DNA of 62,861 nucleotides, filler included, from Octopus bimaculoides (Eukaryota), in assembly GCF_001194135.2 (NCBI RefSeq). It is 6 parts of 6 records of this genome, joined end to end, with 100 filler letters (N's around TTAATTAATTAA, not from the genome) between each part and the next. Parts side by side here need not be neighbours in the genome. Positions count along the whole stretch, not along the records: positions 18,782 to 34,390 come from NC_068988.1; positions 34,491 to 54,824 come from NC_068996.1; 4 more parts are not named here. One strand, given 5' to 3'. The notes beneath the pieces are model-generated. The model had not been told where the DNA came from and did no database searches. It was given only the letters and a program-made list of their open reading frames with translations. Shown one piece after another: positions 23,757 to 37,600 of the stretch. How positions within the stretch are numbered: the first letter of the stretch is position 1; each line of letters starts with the position of its first letter. The translations under genes were made by a program, and so were the position numbers.

Positions 23757-23999
23757 TATTTCTTATTTCTTTATTGCCCACAAGGGGCTAAACATAGAGG
23801 GGACAAAGAAGGACAGACAAAGGGATTAAATCGATTACATCGACCGCAGTGCGTAACAGGTACTTAATTTATCGACCCCGAATGGATGAAATGCAAAGTC
23901 GACCTCAGCGGAATTTGAACTCAGAACGTAACGGCAGACGAAATACAGCTAAGCATGTCGCCTGGCGTGCTAACGTTTCTGCCAGCTCGCCGCCCTATG
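23757..23999 (-). mobile_element. Family A SINE, full length, 10-bp TSD
   Basis: TSD gggagtaata at 23747-56 and 24000-09. Confidence 0.9.
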
Positions 24000-24675
24000 G
24001 GGAGTAATACAGTCTATGTTGCAAATAAGGTGGCATTCAGTTATTATGTCTGGTAGATCGAACGTTCACTTGGAGATGTAAATCCTTCTCACTATGCGGC
24101 CCTCATTTAATATAGAATTTCTGTATAGAAATTTAATGATTGATCAAAGCCCTTCCAAGTAAGAAAGCCCGACACAATGACAATTCTAATTCTGATATGG
24201 TATTTTTAATCCGCCCACCATATTGAAACTACCAGACGCCCATTGAATCCTTTTTGCGGAATTCACTCTGTTGCATGCATTACGTTCAAATTAATGTGTG
24301 AGAATATTTTCTTCGTTGCTATCAATCTCTTACCTAGATGTTCATCAAAAGCACCGTCGTGTTTTCAGTGGAGAACCTATTAAAAGAAAAGAATACAATA
24401 GAAATAGATTTGATTTCTAGTGTTAACCCCTAAACTCGAACGAGAGCAAAACATTTATAGATTTACTTGAAAATATTTGCAAACAACAATACTGTTAATG
24501 GAATAATAGGTTCCATTAGCTCTATTCCATCCACTTTTAGTTTTGCAATTTTTGAAGTATTAAATTTGTATTCATTGCCTACACACACGCACACACACAT
24601 ACACACACACACACACACATACACACACACACACACACACGTGTACATGTGCGTAAAGGAAGATCGAAAGGGACA

Positions 24676-24737
<62 letters not shown>

Positions 24738-24818
24738 TTCATAATGCACGTATGCATATATACGTCTATATATATGTATATTTACATACATATACATACA
24801 TACATACATATATGTACA

Positions 24819-24854
<36 letters not shown>

Positions 24855-25974
24855 TGTGTATATATTTTTATGTTGTAGTTATAGTATATGTATTTCTGTA
24901 TGAATATATATTTTTCATGTTGTCCATGGTTCGTATGCCCGTACAGGTAAATTTTGCAGTCTACCTATCTCACGCATGATAATATCTTCATCAAGAACAA
25001 CAACAAAAGCAAAAACAAAGACAAACATAAGACAACAATAGCAGCAACACCACAAACAACAACCAAAGAAAAATATCAACTGCAAAAACAAAAATAAAAA
25101 AGCGAACAACAATACAAGTGTTAAGATTTTAGTTAATGCATAGATGATCTTTTCGCATGTACAATAGCCCCACTTCCGTCAATAATTGATTAATTATACG
25201 AGAGAAAATATTGAAAAATTTTGAACGTAAAAATTTAGCAGCAAGAAAACTTGAAAGAAATTTCACCATCTCTTATAAAGATGTAACTAATTCTAAAGAT
25301 GATTAAACAATGCATCGTAATTGCATTGTTGTTCTTTAGATGATGTTTGACATATTCGTTAAAATATTGATTCGTTTCTATGTTATACACACTGACAAAA
25401 TGATATTGCAATGAAAGTCGGATTATTCACGTTTTTCTTGTTTGCTTGTTTGTTTGTGTATATGAATGTATTTGTGCGTGTGCGTGTGTATGTGTGTTTG
25501 TATTTGAATATATGTGTTTGTTTGTATGTGCGTGCGTAAGTGCGTGTCATTTAAATTAAAACGGATGAAAAATCTATTTAAGATAATAAACCGGTGCCAG
25601 TAAAGCTGAGCATTTCTCGACATTCCTCTCATTTCCGTCGACGTATATGCCGTTTGAACTCTATTTAATATTTTAATATAATTTATGAAGAGGAGTAAAG
25701 TAATATTAAATAACGTTGAGAGAGCATAAACAGGAANNNNNNNNNNNNNNNNNNNNNNNNNNNNNNNNNNNNNNNNNTATATATATATATATATGTATAT
25801 GTATATATCCAAGTGAGAAAGAGAGAGGAAGAGAAAGTGAGAGAGACAGACAACAAGCGAGAGGAAGACACTCATGAAATTAATAAGTAATGAATGTAGA
25901 AAAACAAAACGGTATAAAGAGGAAAGAAAATATTTGAATTTAAAATGCGTAAAAGAACAAAATACAATAATACA

Positions 25975-25978
25975 CAAA

Positions 25979-26050
<72 letters not shown>

Positions 26051-26081
26051 CATGATGATGATAATGATAATAATAGTAGTA

Positions 26082-26133
<52 letters not shown>

Positions 26134-26180
26134 TGATAATGATAATAATAATAACAATAGTAATAATATCAATAATAATG
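25975..26180. repeat. (AAT)n/(GAT)n microsatellite
   Basis: Direct trinucleotide tract; source of the poly-Asn pseudo-ORF. Confidence 0.95.
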
Positions 26181-27249
26181 AAAACAACAATGTGAGTTCA
26201 TAATTTGAAATAATAAAAAGAAATATATAGACCAGTTATCTTAATTTCTGAAGAAAGAGGAGTTATGATAAACTTATAATATTAGCCGTGCATTAATGGT
26301 GGGCATGATAGCCAAGGTTAAGTATAATGGGTAGTTGTAAGGAGAAATAGTAAGAGGATAGGAGGAGGAGAAGCAGGAAACGGAAAAGGAAGTGTAAGGG
26401 AGAGGACCTTGGAGTAGGAGGAGGACAAGCGGGAGGGGGGAGAAGAATGTGGAGAAGAAAAAGATGACAAAGCAAAAAGATGAATAAGAAGTTGTGAATA
26501 AAGATTGCGAAGATGTGGTAGGATTAGAAGAGGAGTTGAGTAGATTTTCAAAACGCTATACATACATAGTTATATATATANNNNNNNNNNNNNNNNNNNN
26601 NNNNNNNNNNNNNNNNNNNNNNNNNNNNNNNNNNNNNNNNNNNNNNNNNNNNNNNNNNNNNNNNNNNNNNNNNNNNNNNNNNNNNNNNNNNNNNNNNNNN
26701 NNNNNNNNNNNNNNNNNNNNNNNNNNNNNNNNNNNNNNNNNNNNNNNNNNNNNNNNNNNNNNNNNNNNNNNNNNNNNNNNNNNNNNNNNNNNNNNNNNNN
26801 NNNNNNNNNNNNNNNNNNNNNNNNNNNNNNNNNNNNNNNNNNNNNNNNNNNNNNNNNNNNNNNNNNNNNNNNNNNNNNNNNNNNNNNNNNNNNNNNNNNN
26901 NNNNNNNNNNNNNNNNNNNNNNNNNNNNNNNNNNNNNNNNNNNNNNNNNNNNNNNNNNNNNNNNNNNNNNNNNNNNNNNNNNNNNNNNNNNNNNNNNNNN
27001 NNNNNNNNNNNNNNNNNNNNNNNNNNNNNNNNNNNNNNNNNNNNNNNNNNNNNNNNNNNNNNNNNNNNNNNNNNNNNNNNNNNNNNNNNNNNNNNNNNNN
27101 NNNNNNNATTAGATTTACACGAAGGAAAGATAGCAGGACAAATCTCTTACGCTTTCCTCATACGCTTTCCTCATACGCTTTTCTTATCCGTAAATAAAAC
27201 AACGGATGTCTTTCTGTGCCATAATCTCAGAAAGCCGGTTTCTAGGTTT

Positions 27250-27440
27250 CTGTGTCGTATATAGTAACTTCCTGAACGGGACGCCGGTCCGTTGCTGGGA
27301 TGAATCATTTTTACCAGGTGGGTTGACTGAAGCAGCGCGACATATATTTTTTTGGCTCAAGAACACAACAACCGGACAAGGAATTCCAACGACAGTCTTA
27401 CACTTACGAGTGTGACGTTTTAAGTAGCAAACTACGCGCA
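27250..27440 (-). mobile_element. tRNA-derived SINE, degenerate
   Basis: Reverse complement contains gttgtgttcttgagc...gctgcttcagtcaacccacctggtaaaaatg, like 42605-42735. Confidence 0.5.
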
Positions 27441-27484
27441 TCCATACATACATACATGCATACATACAGTCATATACGCATGCA

Positions 27485-27515
<31 letters not shown>

Positions 27516-28317
27516 GTACATATATATCTACATTATCTCTTTCTCTCTCTCTCTTTCTGTATATATNNNNNNNNNNTATATAAAAGGAAGGAGACAAATA
27601 TGAAAAGCAAGTTAAATAGGTTCAATTCTAGTTGGCACAAAAATGTCCCAAATATGGGTTTCTTGCCGTTTTTAGGCTCTGTTGTTCCAAAGTTGAATTA
27701 CGATTAAGAATAATGAAATATTGTGATGAATCAATGAGTGAGGTATCTAAATATTGGTAAGTTCATTATGTCATAGGCATGGATCAAAAATAAATATAAA
27801 ATATAGCATTTCTGGAGTCATTTACTAATATAAATTGGCAAATGGTACCATTGTTTTAGATACTGAAATAAGAAGTTCTAAAATAGCTTTGGATTCACTT
27901 TTAGGATCAAATCCGTTATGGAATAAAAATACAAATAAATATAATTACAAAGATAGAGAAAGTATGTGTAAAGGTATGAAAATACAAAGATTGTAAAGTA
28001 TGTGAAAGGACGAAAATTGTTGGTGAAATATAAAAAAAATTACAGTTTACTTTACAAATTTGGTCCTTCATCCAGTAGAAATCATTACAGAAATAGTGAT
28101 ATTTCACCAGTCACAGCTATACACACACACACACACACACAAACACATATTTATACGCAAAAATCCAGTGAAATCCATGAAGTTGGAATCAATGGATCCA
28201 GCGGTAATCCGGGTGGAGTGCTGGTATATGGATGAGGAGAGGTGCTGAAAGTTCGGGAAGTGCTTTAGATATGCAAGTTCAGTCAGGATCAAACTGGGGT
28301 AACCACGTGAGTGTATA

Positions 28318-28578
28318 ATATATAGTTGAAATTTATAGAAATACAAAAGACGAAGACAGGTGTGTGAACAGCAAGCAAGTGTGTTAGTTGGACCGCTGAA
28401 GTCTACAACTTTATTTCATTCTCTCTCTGTTTGTTTTCTCTTATTCCTTTCGGTTGAAGCTCGTAAGCTTGAAACGGAAAAGACATTTTCATTTTTTCCG
28501 ACCTTTCAAATAATACTTGCTTGTTGGTCATACACTTACCTTTGTCCTTTTGCGTTTCTATAAATTTCAACTAAATAT
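28318..28578. mobile_element. PLE-derived terminal sequence in inverted (palindromic) arrangement
   Basis: About 60-bp inverted ends (atagttgaaatttatagaaatacaaaagac... / ...ttttgcgtttctataaatttcaacta); the same terminus begins the PLE insertion at about 37299. Confidence 0.6.
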
Positions 28579-28599
28579 ATGTATATATATATATGCACG

Positions 28600-28693
<94 letters not shown>

Positions 28694-29956
28694 TATGTAC
28701 ATAATTACAAACACGCACATGTATTTATATAGATATATATGTATAGAATCGAATGCATTGGAGAAATATACGTCTCAAGATATCCTGCATAACCATCGTG
28801 GCTTTCTCTCCACCACCTAGGTGACCCTGAAGTACAAAAGGAAAATAAATAAAAACATATCTGTGCTACTATGTTAAACTGTCGTATGTCCAACTTTGGC
28901 CAAATGTTTCTATTTTCAATATTAAGTTTTGCTTGCAACATCCGGGTCTTTTTGTCAAACTATCATATTTCCAGCTGCTTCAGAAGTCAAGATATCAAAT
29001 ATTGAGAAAATGTAGTACGACAGTTTTGCTAGGGAATAGTGAAACATATTCGTTTTCTAAAAACATTTTAGACTTACGACACTTTTGCATAATAGCAACG
29101 TATGAAAACAAATGAAACATTCCTATCGGCAATATTCTAAATGACTTAGAATCAGCTTTAAGGAATTATAAAAACTAAAGTCATCATCAAAATCCAAATA
29201 ATTTCAGAATAAAATTCCTTTCATTATTGAAATGCCATTCTTAGCTAATCATTTTCACACTAGCAAATTCTGCCTACTTCAAATGAACAAATAATTTAAA
29301 TGAGCGTTAGCGTTATTCTGCTGTATAGAAGGGTATTATTAACGTTAAAAGATGACAGCTTAAAAATGCGTTTATCTGCTGTGGGTAAGATTGGGAACAT
29401 TTTCATGTCAATGGTGTCATTTAATTTTTCGTTTTCGGTTATCACTTTTATTTATTTATAGTTCTGTTGTAATAGAATTATTCCTTTTATTTTCAACTTG
29501 TTCCTGTATGAATGAGAGATAATTAATGAGATGCGTATTTATTAGTGGAGATAATTAATGATCAATCTCCTAATACTTTCATACTTGCTCAAGTTTCAAT
29601 TTATTACTATACTTCTTCAAAACGACAAAGTACTAATACTACTACATTTACTACGACGTTCATTCTTTCCCACTCGCATACTTTCATGTTCGTCCATATG
29701 CTGCGTACTCTTGTAATTTCTTTTCTTTTCGAAAAATCCTTTCAATATTACAAGTGATTGCTAACTTGATCATGTATTTAAATACAGTATACTTTTATAG
29801 GCTAAATTTATTTACACAAGTATACATGTAAGTTTGCTGTCATAAATACATGTATAAATAAATATCAATGAGGACTAATACTAAATTAGCACATGCGAAG
29901 CAATAAATAATCAACTTAATTAAAAATGTTCAATGACGTAACTAATAACGAGAGAG

Positions 29957-30010
<54 letters not shown>

Positions 30011-30999
30011 GTTGAAAGACAGAAGAAGGAACGAGAATAAAATAAGTTAAGACGCTAAGACGTCATAAATTTTGCCTCGTTTCATATTGTAATTTAACCT
30101 CCATATCTGTATCAATTTGACGCCAAATTTCCTTCTCTTTCTCTTGCATATTTGCATCAACTCTCTCGTGTGCACAGGCTCTCTCTTCTGAGAATCCTCT
30201 GCCGTTTTGCTCACTTTCTCTTTCTTCTTCCTCCTCTCTCTCTCAGTCTCTCATTTACTTTCCTCTGACAACGGCAAGCTTCGTTTAGCAACCACTCCCT
30301 TCATTCCTATTCTGGTGTGTTTCTGTAGTAAGTATCACGTCCCAAACCGCAACCATTTATCATTATCTCGTCATATTTTTATAGCATCTAGATTCTGCTC
30401 TCTTCTGTTCCTAGATATTACTGCTTCTCTGATTCCTCCTTCGCTGTGTCATGCTCTATTCACTGTTATTCACGGCACCAGCATTGCTGACGCTTCTGCT
30501 CTCACGGGTGCCATAACCACCATCTTTTACTTCTTAATCTATATTTTACTCCTTCTTTCGAGTGTCATAACTGGTACGTAGATAGAGTCATGCTGTCGTA
30601 TTAATGTATACACATACACACACATACACACGCGCACACACACACACAAAGACATGCACACACATACTCACACATACATATATGCATGAATGTATGTATA
30701 TATATATATATATATNNNNNNNNNNNNNNNNNNNNNNNNNNNNNNNNNNNNNNNNNNNNNNNNNNNNNNNNNNNNNNNNNNNNNNNNNNNNNNNNNNNNN
30801 NNNNNNNNNNNNNNNNNNNNNNNNNNNNNNNNNNNNNNNNNNNNNNNNNNNNNNNNNNNNNNNNNNNNNNNNNNNNNNNNNNNNNNNNNNNNNNNNNNNN
30901 NNNNNNNNNNNNNNNNNNNNNNNNNATATACATATATACACCATATATACATACATATATGCACCAATGTGTATATTTTATATATATATTCTTTTATTC

Positions 31000-31350
31000 T
31001 TTTACTTGTTCCAATCATTTAATTGCGACCATGCTAGAGCACCACCTTAAAGGTTTTTTGTTGTCGAAGGATTCGAACCCACGACCTACTGTTTGTCAGC
31101 GTACCACTTATCCTATCGGTCTCTATTGGCAAACCACTAAGTTACAGGGAAATAAGCACACCAACATAGTTGATCAAGTGATGGTGTGAGGACGAACACT
31201 GACACAAAGACACACACATATATTTATACATACGTCGGGCTTCTTTCAGTTTCCCTCTACCACACCCTCTCATAATGGCTTGGTCGACCTGAGACTGTAG
31301 TAGAACACTCTTGCCAAAGTCGGATTGCGGTGGGACTGAACCGGGAAACA
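31000..31350 (-). mobile_element. Composite SINE family B/C
   Basis: B head (gggactgaaccggg) and C module on the minus strand. Confidence 0.65.
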
Positions 31351-34014
31351 AATGCTTATTTCGTCGTTAGTTTATTTATATTAAAAAAATTGTACATTAT
31401 ATAAATGTTCTTTTTTTTAATACGGCGCCGTTTTTAAAATCCTGTAAACAATAATAATAGCATTTTTATGTAAGCTTAAAGGTTATGTCGATCACCATGC
31501 AATGACTAAGGAAAATATTGTAATAAAGGGGCATATAAGCCCTCAACGGGAAAAAAGAAGGCTTTCCTATCCATATATATATATCCTTAGACATATATAT
31601 ATGTTTTAGTATGCATGAGCAGCTGTCTATATATGTATACGTATGGCATAGTTGTATACAAGATAAATGTTAATGTAAGGCCTACTAGTTGTGAAAATCT
31701 AAAAGAAGTAACTTAAATAGAGAGTAGTAAGTAAAGCGTGGTATTTATAATTATGGTATGATTGGATGTGATGGGGGTGTGATGGCGGCTCTATTAATGT
31801 TGAACGAATTAAGATATAGAAAGAGATATAGTGAGTGAGAACAATTAAAATATGGAGATGGTAGGAGGCAAAAACTTTTCATGTTATGAAATTAATGAAA
31901 GACAATTGAACTAATTTACGCGAACAGTGACAACACAAAATTAGTTGGTTGAAGTAACTACTTGTAGGTAAAATGTAAGGGCATTAAGAGTTAACAATTA
32001 AGTAGTCTTATCTTCCGCAAACCATCATCAATGAAGCTTATTTCAATTATATTCTTAAGATAATCCTTTTGATCATTACTCTCCATAATTATATTTCGAA
32101 CTTGTCATTACTTCACCTTCTGTTTTGATTGATTAATTTGTGAATATTATTTTTATTCCTGTGAGAAAATGTCCACGGTTTTCCACAGATAAAAGACATA
32201 ATACAATAATTCTTAGTAATCTCGTATATTTATTTCTTATGTTACTTATTTTAAGCTCTTAAGAATATAAAGATTTCTCGAATGTTAATAGAACATTGTT
32301 TTAAGAAATCATCTCCTAAAATCTTCGTTTATCTGTAGCAACTGTTTTATAAAACCGAATTCTAAAATGATTCGTAGATTCAGAGAATTCGTAGAGGGTC
32401 AGAAAATGATTTACAATACCGTATATATGTTCAGTTTTTCTTTTGTTGTCCGTTCGAATCATATAAAGTAATTTTGTTGTTCGCTTCGTTTACTTATTGT
32501 TGATTGAATAATAATGCAGACACTATATTCTGTTAATCTGTTTAATTGTTTAAAACACTAAAGAATAAACTTTTGCGACGAGCAGAAGAAATCATTACAA
32601 TGTGCAGTAGTTTCTAATAATTATAGGAACTAACGCTCCATATCCCAATTAGACTTGATGGACGATGTAGAAATGGGCGGCTCCTTATTAACTTTTTATA
32701 TATCGAGGACTCCGTTGTTTCGTGTGTCCTTATCGAACGACTCCATAACGGATACCATCAGGGCTCGTTATAGAGATTGAATTAGTAATTATTGAACAAC
32801 AAATTCCTGCATTTTGGAAGTTGTGTAACCGCTATTTGGTGAGATAGTGAGAGCAGAAGCCCCGTAAATCTGGCTCTACAGTAGCCGTAATGATGTTCGA
32901 TAAACCGGGACCCACTAAATTAAGGAGATGTTAGCAACACTTTCCATATCAATTGTGGTCACATTAGCAACACTGATAGCCGGATGGGTCTGTTACTACT
33001 GATGCAGATAATTATATTAATGTTGAAGATAATACCGACAATCACGTGGGTAGTGAATATTGATGATCACGATAACGGTGATAATAACGATGAGGACGAC
33101 GACGACGACGACGACGACGATGAAATTGGTGGTGGTGATGATGATGATGATGTGGAGGAGGAGGAGGAGGATAAGCAAGATAGTTGTAATGATACTGAAG
33201 TAAATGATAGAATTATATGCTGAAGTAAAAGAAGCGAATCCTTATAGATTGAAGTCATCAAATATATAGATAACTATCTCCGCAACAACGGTAAAAACAG
33301 CAACGAAATCAAACTAAAGCCCAAATCGAATGAATCAAGGGGGAAAAAAAAACAAGCAGATGATGTAACAAAAGGAACAACAAAAAACATCAATAACAAA
33401 AACTATAAAAAGAAAGTATTGCAACAATAATATCAAACACAAGGACAGCAATTCCAATAATAAAAAAGGGACTAAACAACACCAAAAAATATGAATAGAT
33501 ATGAAAAGAGGATAGGGGGAGGTGGTAGATAATTATGATAAGACTTCCATTGTACAATTGTATTATCAACAGAAACATAGTAGAGGGAAGTTAATAAGGC
33601 GCCATTTTGACTTTCCATTAATGCAATATAATCTCATGAAATGGCGTGCAATCTTTTTTTAACGAACAAATTGATAGATAAATAATCAACTCAAATAGAT
33701 ATCGTTAATCACGGGAAACTAAATCGTAATTTTTTTCTCTCTTTATACGAACGCCTTTTCATATGTAATTTCTTTTTTTATTTGAGGCATAAACAATAAT
33801 TAACAAAATGAAAAATAAAATTGTGATTCCAACACCTGCGACGGTTGTATAGAGATTTGACGACACAAGTACGCGCAGTCTTACACATATACACAGAAGA
33901 TACATGCTCACATATATAGGAGTGCGTACATGGTTTATGTATGTTATATATATATATGTATATATGTTATATATATATATATATATATAATTAAAATTAA
34001 ACAAAATTAAACTC

Positions 34015-34390
34015 TCCCATGAAAAGGAGAGAGCAGAGAAGGAGAAGAGAGCAGTAGAAAGCATAAAAACAGACCCTAAGGCTTTCTATAGATTTGCAAA
34101 AGAGACTGCTACGGTACAGTATAAGATAGGACCCCTATTCCTGCCTAATGGCTCACTGACCGCAGATCCCACATGGATAAGTGAAGTGCTCAGTACACAA
34201 TTCAAGAGTGTCTTCACTTCTCCTCTGAGTCATATGCAGATAAAGAACCCAGCTGATTTCTTTGACAATAGCACTCAGCAGAAAAAGACTGCATCCATTA
34301 CCTACATCGACATTGAAGAGGAAGATGTGATAGCTGCCATAAATAAAATGAGCTCAAATTCGGCAACTGGCCCCGATGGTTTCCCAGCTG
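34015..34390 (+). mobile_element. CR1/Jockey-group LINE ORF2 fragment up to the RT start
   Basis: AVESIKTDPKAFYRFAK...EVLSTQFKSVFT...IDIEEEDVIAAINKMSSNSATGPDGFPA. Confidence 0.85.
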
Positions 34391-34600
34391 NNNNNNNNNN
34401 NNNNNNNNNNNNNNNNNNNNNNNNNNNNNNNNNNTTAATTAATTAANNNNNNNNNNNNNNNNNNNNNNNNNNNNNNNNNNNNNNNNNNNNTAAAAAAAAT
34501 TATCTTCGTTAAAAGACCGCTTCCTTCAAATCTTCCACCGGTTCTGTTGCCTAATTCCATCGATGTTATTGGATTAGATATGTTTTTGTATAGGGAGCCC

Positions 34601-37600
34601 GATGTTTGACTTTTGCTTTGTATTTGTACAAGTTGACTCCAAGTCTCACCCAACGACTTCAAAGAAACATGTTAAATGTTCAAGTTGGTGTAATGATTAA
34701 GGTGTCATATATTTGGTTTTACCTAAAGTATGTCTAAGGAAACATAAGAAAATTATAAGTTTGTTTTAAAATTTGGGATTACGTAGGCAGTATCTTACGT
34801 AGGATATGGGCAGTTCCCATGAGTACTATCTTTTGAATTTCTGCCATTTTGAGATTTCTGGTATCTGAGTTAGGTAACAATCAGCCCCTTTTGCAATCAC
34901 TCCTAGCGCACCTATGACAACAGATATTGTTTTAGTCTTGAGGTTCCACATTTTACCAATTTCTATTTCAAGATCTTTATACTTGCTCAGTTTTTAGTAT
35001 GTCTTGACAGATACATTTATGTCGATTGGAACAGTCATATCAATGAGAAGGCATGAGTTTTGTCTGAAGTCCTTTAATATAATGTCTGGCCTATTCGTAT
35101 CTATCTTTCTGTCAGTTGAACGTTGAAGTTCCAGAGAAGTGAGATGTGGTCATTTTCAAGCACTGCAGGTGGTTTACATTCTCACCAGTCTTTATCATGG
35201 GGCAGGTCCAAGTCTTTGCAAATTACCCAGTGAATATATTGTGCTGTTCTATCATGCCTGTTGAGATACTCTGTAGTTGCAAGAAGACTGCACATGGAGA
35301 CATGATCGATGGTCTCATTACACATGTTGGGCTACCGTTCTTTAATATATTGGCCTGGTAGTTCCTTGTAGGTAGGCATTGATAATGGGCTGCTGTGATA
35401 AACCCTACTGTTTCTGATTTTAAGCCAGAAAACACTAACCATTGATGAGTAAGGGCTTTGTCAACATCGGCATTATTAACTCTCTTTGGGTATTTGCCAT
35501 CGAGAGTCTTTTTTGCCATTTATCAGTAAGAATATTTAAGGCCACAATTTTTTACGGATTTTCATACGCATAACTTTTTCTGTGCTTGTTTCCAATATGT
35601 CTAATTCTGGGATTTGTTGTATTTGGAATTCACTTCGATATTTCTTTGCCTGTTTTGTTACTGAGTATGATGTTTTCTTGTTTTTATACTTTAACACAAG
35701 TTTTAACATCCAATCATCAGAGTTTTTCAGGTAGGTGTTTAGGCCAATTGTGGCAATCTTCATTGTTAATTCAAGTTGTAAAAGTCCACGGCCACCCTCT
35801 TTTCTTGGAAGGTAAAGTCATTCTATATCTGCCTTAGGGTGGTGCATTCTATGCACTGACAGCAATTTTCGCATTTTTCTATCAAAATTACATATTTCAG
35901 TAATTGACGAGTTAATAATATTGAAACTGTAAGTCACGACCGGTATGGCTAAAGTATTGATCGCTTCGATCCTGTTTCTTGCATTCAGCTCGGTCTTGAG
36001 TATAGTCTTTACTCTGCGATAACATTCTTTTCTGATCTTTTCCCTCATCGTTGAATGTTTGATTCCAATCACCTTCAAATACCCCAAGGTATTTGTAGCT
36101 CTCCGCTGTTTCTAACTCCTATATGACCTTATGTTGGTCACACTTAACGTTGGTTGTTTCTATCATTTTCCTTCTGATAAAGGTAGCTTTTGCCAAATTC
36201 CATTTTGATGTCATCAGTGAACTGTTTAACAATTTCTAGTAAACCCTGTAGTTTTTGGTCATTTTTTGCAAAGAGCTTTACCATGTAAAAGAGATAGTTT
36301 ATATTTTTATCAAACATTTTATTGCCATATTGTGCATCATCGAACAATTTCGAGAGCGGTATTAAGGCTAGACAAAAGAGGAATAGTGATAGAGAGTCAC
36401 CCTGGAAAATGCCACATGTAATTCTTACATCACCAGCATTAAGAGATTCATTGTCACTGTTCAAAGTCAGTGTGGTTCTCCATGATCTCTTACTTACAGA
36501 CAAAAAGTTTCGCAGAGTAGGAGCTATTTTATACATTTCCAGACATTTCCTAATCCAGCTATGTGGTAGACTATCAAAAACTTTTTTATAGTCTATCCAG
36601 GCTATCGACAAGTTCTTGTGTTGTTTTTGACAATCTTCCAAGATCATCTTATTGATGAGTAGCTGATCTTTACGACCATAGGACCCACGTTTATATCCTT
36701 TTTGCTCATTAGGGAATATGCTACTTTCTATTAAAAAACTATAGGTATACTCAGTCAAGACAGATGTTAGTATTTTATACATTGTTGTTAAGCAGGTTAT
36801 GGGTCTATAATTTTTTGGTTCATTTGTTTCTTCATTTGTTGCAAAACATAGGTTGTTGCAAAACATTGTTGTAAAGTTTTGTTAGCAGTTCATGACACTC
36901 TGGGAAGGATTCAACCAGAAGTTAGGAATTTCATCCTTTCCTGGAGACTTCCATTTGCTTGACTTCCTGAGAGCAGATCTTACATTCTCTACCTTGATAC
37001 CCTCCCACTTTTGCTCTTCTAAGGCTGATATTATCAATCCAAGGGACCTTTTTATTGTGCGTTTTTTCTTCTGCTCAAACTTTATTCCCAAATTCCTGCA
37101 CTTCTTCTTTTGATGGGACAGACTTTACTGTAACGGGTATTTCCCTATCTTCCTGTCAAAATTGTTTGGGTTATTTTTGAACATGTTGTCCTTTAAGAAC
37201 CTAACACGCTTTTCATACCGTGTTATGCGGGAAGCTTTAGTAGATGCCTTTTGCTTGATAGTTTGTATGGTGGTATCGATGTCAAGTATGGTTTTCATAT
37301 AGTGAGAATTTCCAAAAAACAAAAGACGAAGACGGGTGTGTAAACAACAAACAAATGTATTAGTTTAACGCTCGGGAAATGAGAAAGTCTTTTACGTTTC
37401 GAGCCTACGCTTTTTCACAAAAAGGAACACAGAAATAAGCAGGGAGAGAAAATAGGAAACAGGTTTAGTGGCTAGCGATCTATCATGGCGAATGCCGGAC
37501 AGAGAGGTCACACAGGAGAGCTAGGAAGAATGAGAGATAATAAAGTAGTCATGATCCCAAAACGAAGGTGCGCGTGCGAGTGTATTTGAGAGCGTGTATG

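Noticed and set aside
24915-25112. Protein-like peptide DEDIIMREIGRLQNL (and ISEIERLQAEIK near 5950)
   Set aside because: No credible splice acceptor or start; the resemblance between the two is short and probably chance.
25874-26203. Poly-Asn ORF
   Set aside because: (AAT)n microsatellite.
32984-33223. Acidic ORF with a hydrophobic N-terminus
   Set aside because: Built from (GAT/GAC/GAG)n tracts; no splice or homology support.
33598-33646. Inverted pair of YY1-like CGCCATTT motifs
   Set aside because: Two 8-mers with no other promoter evidence.
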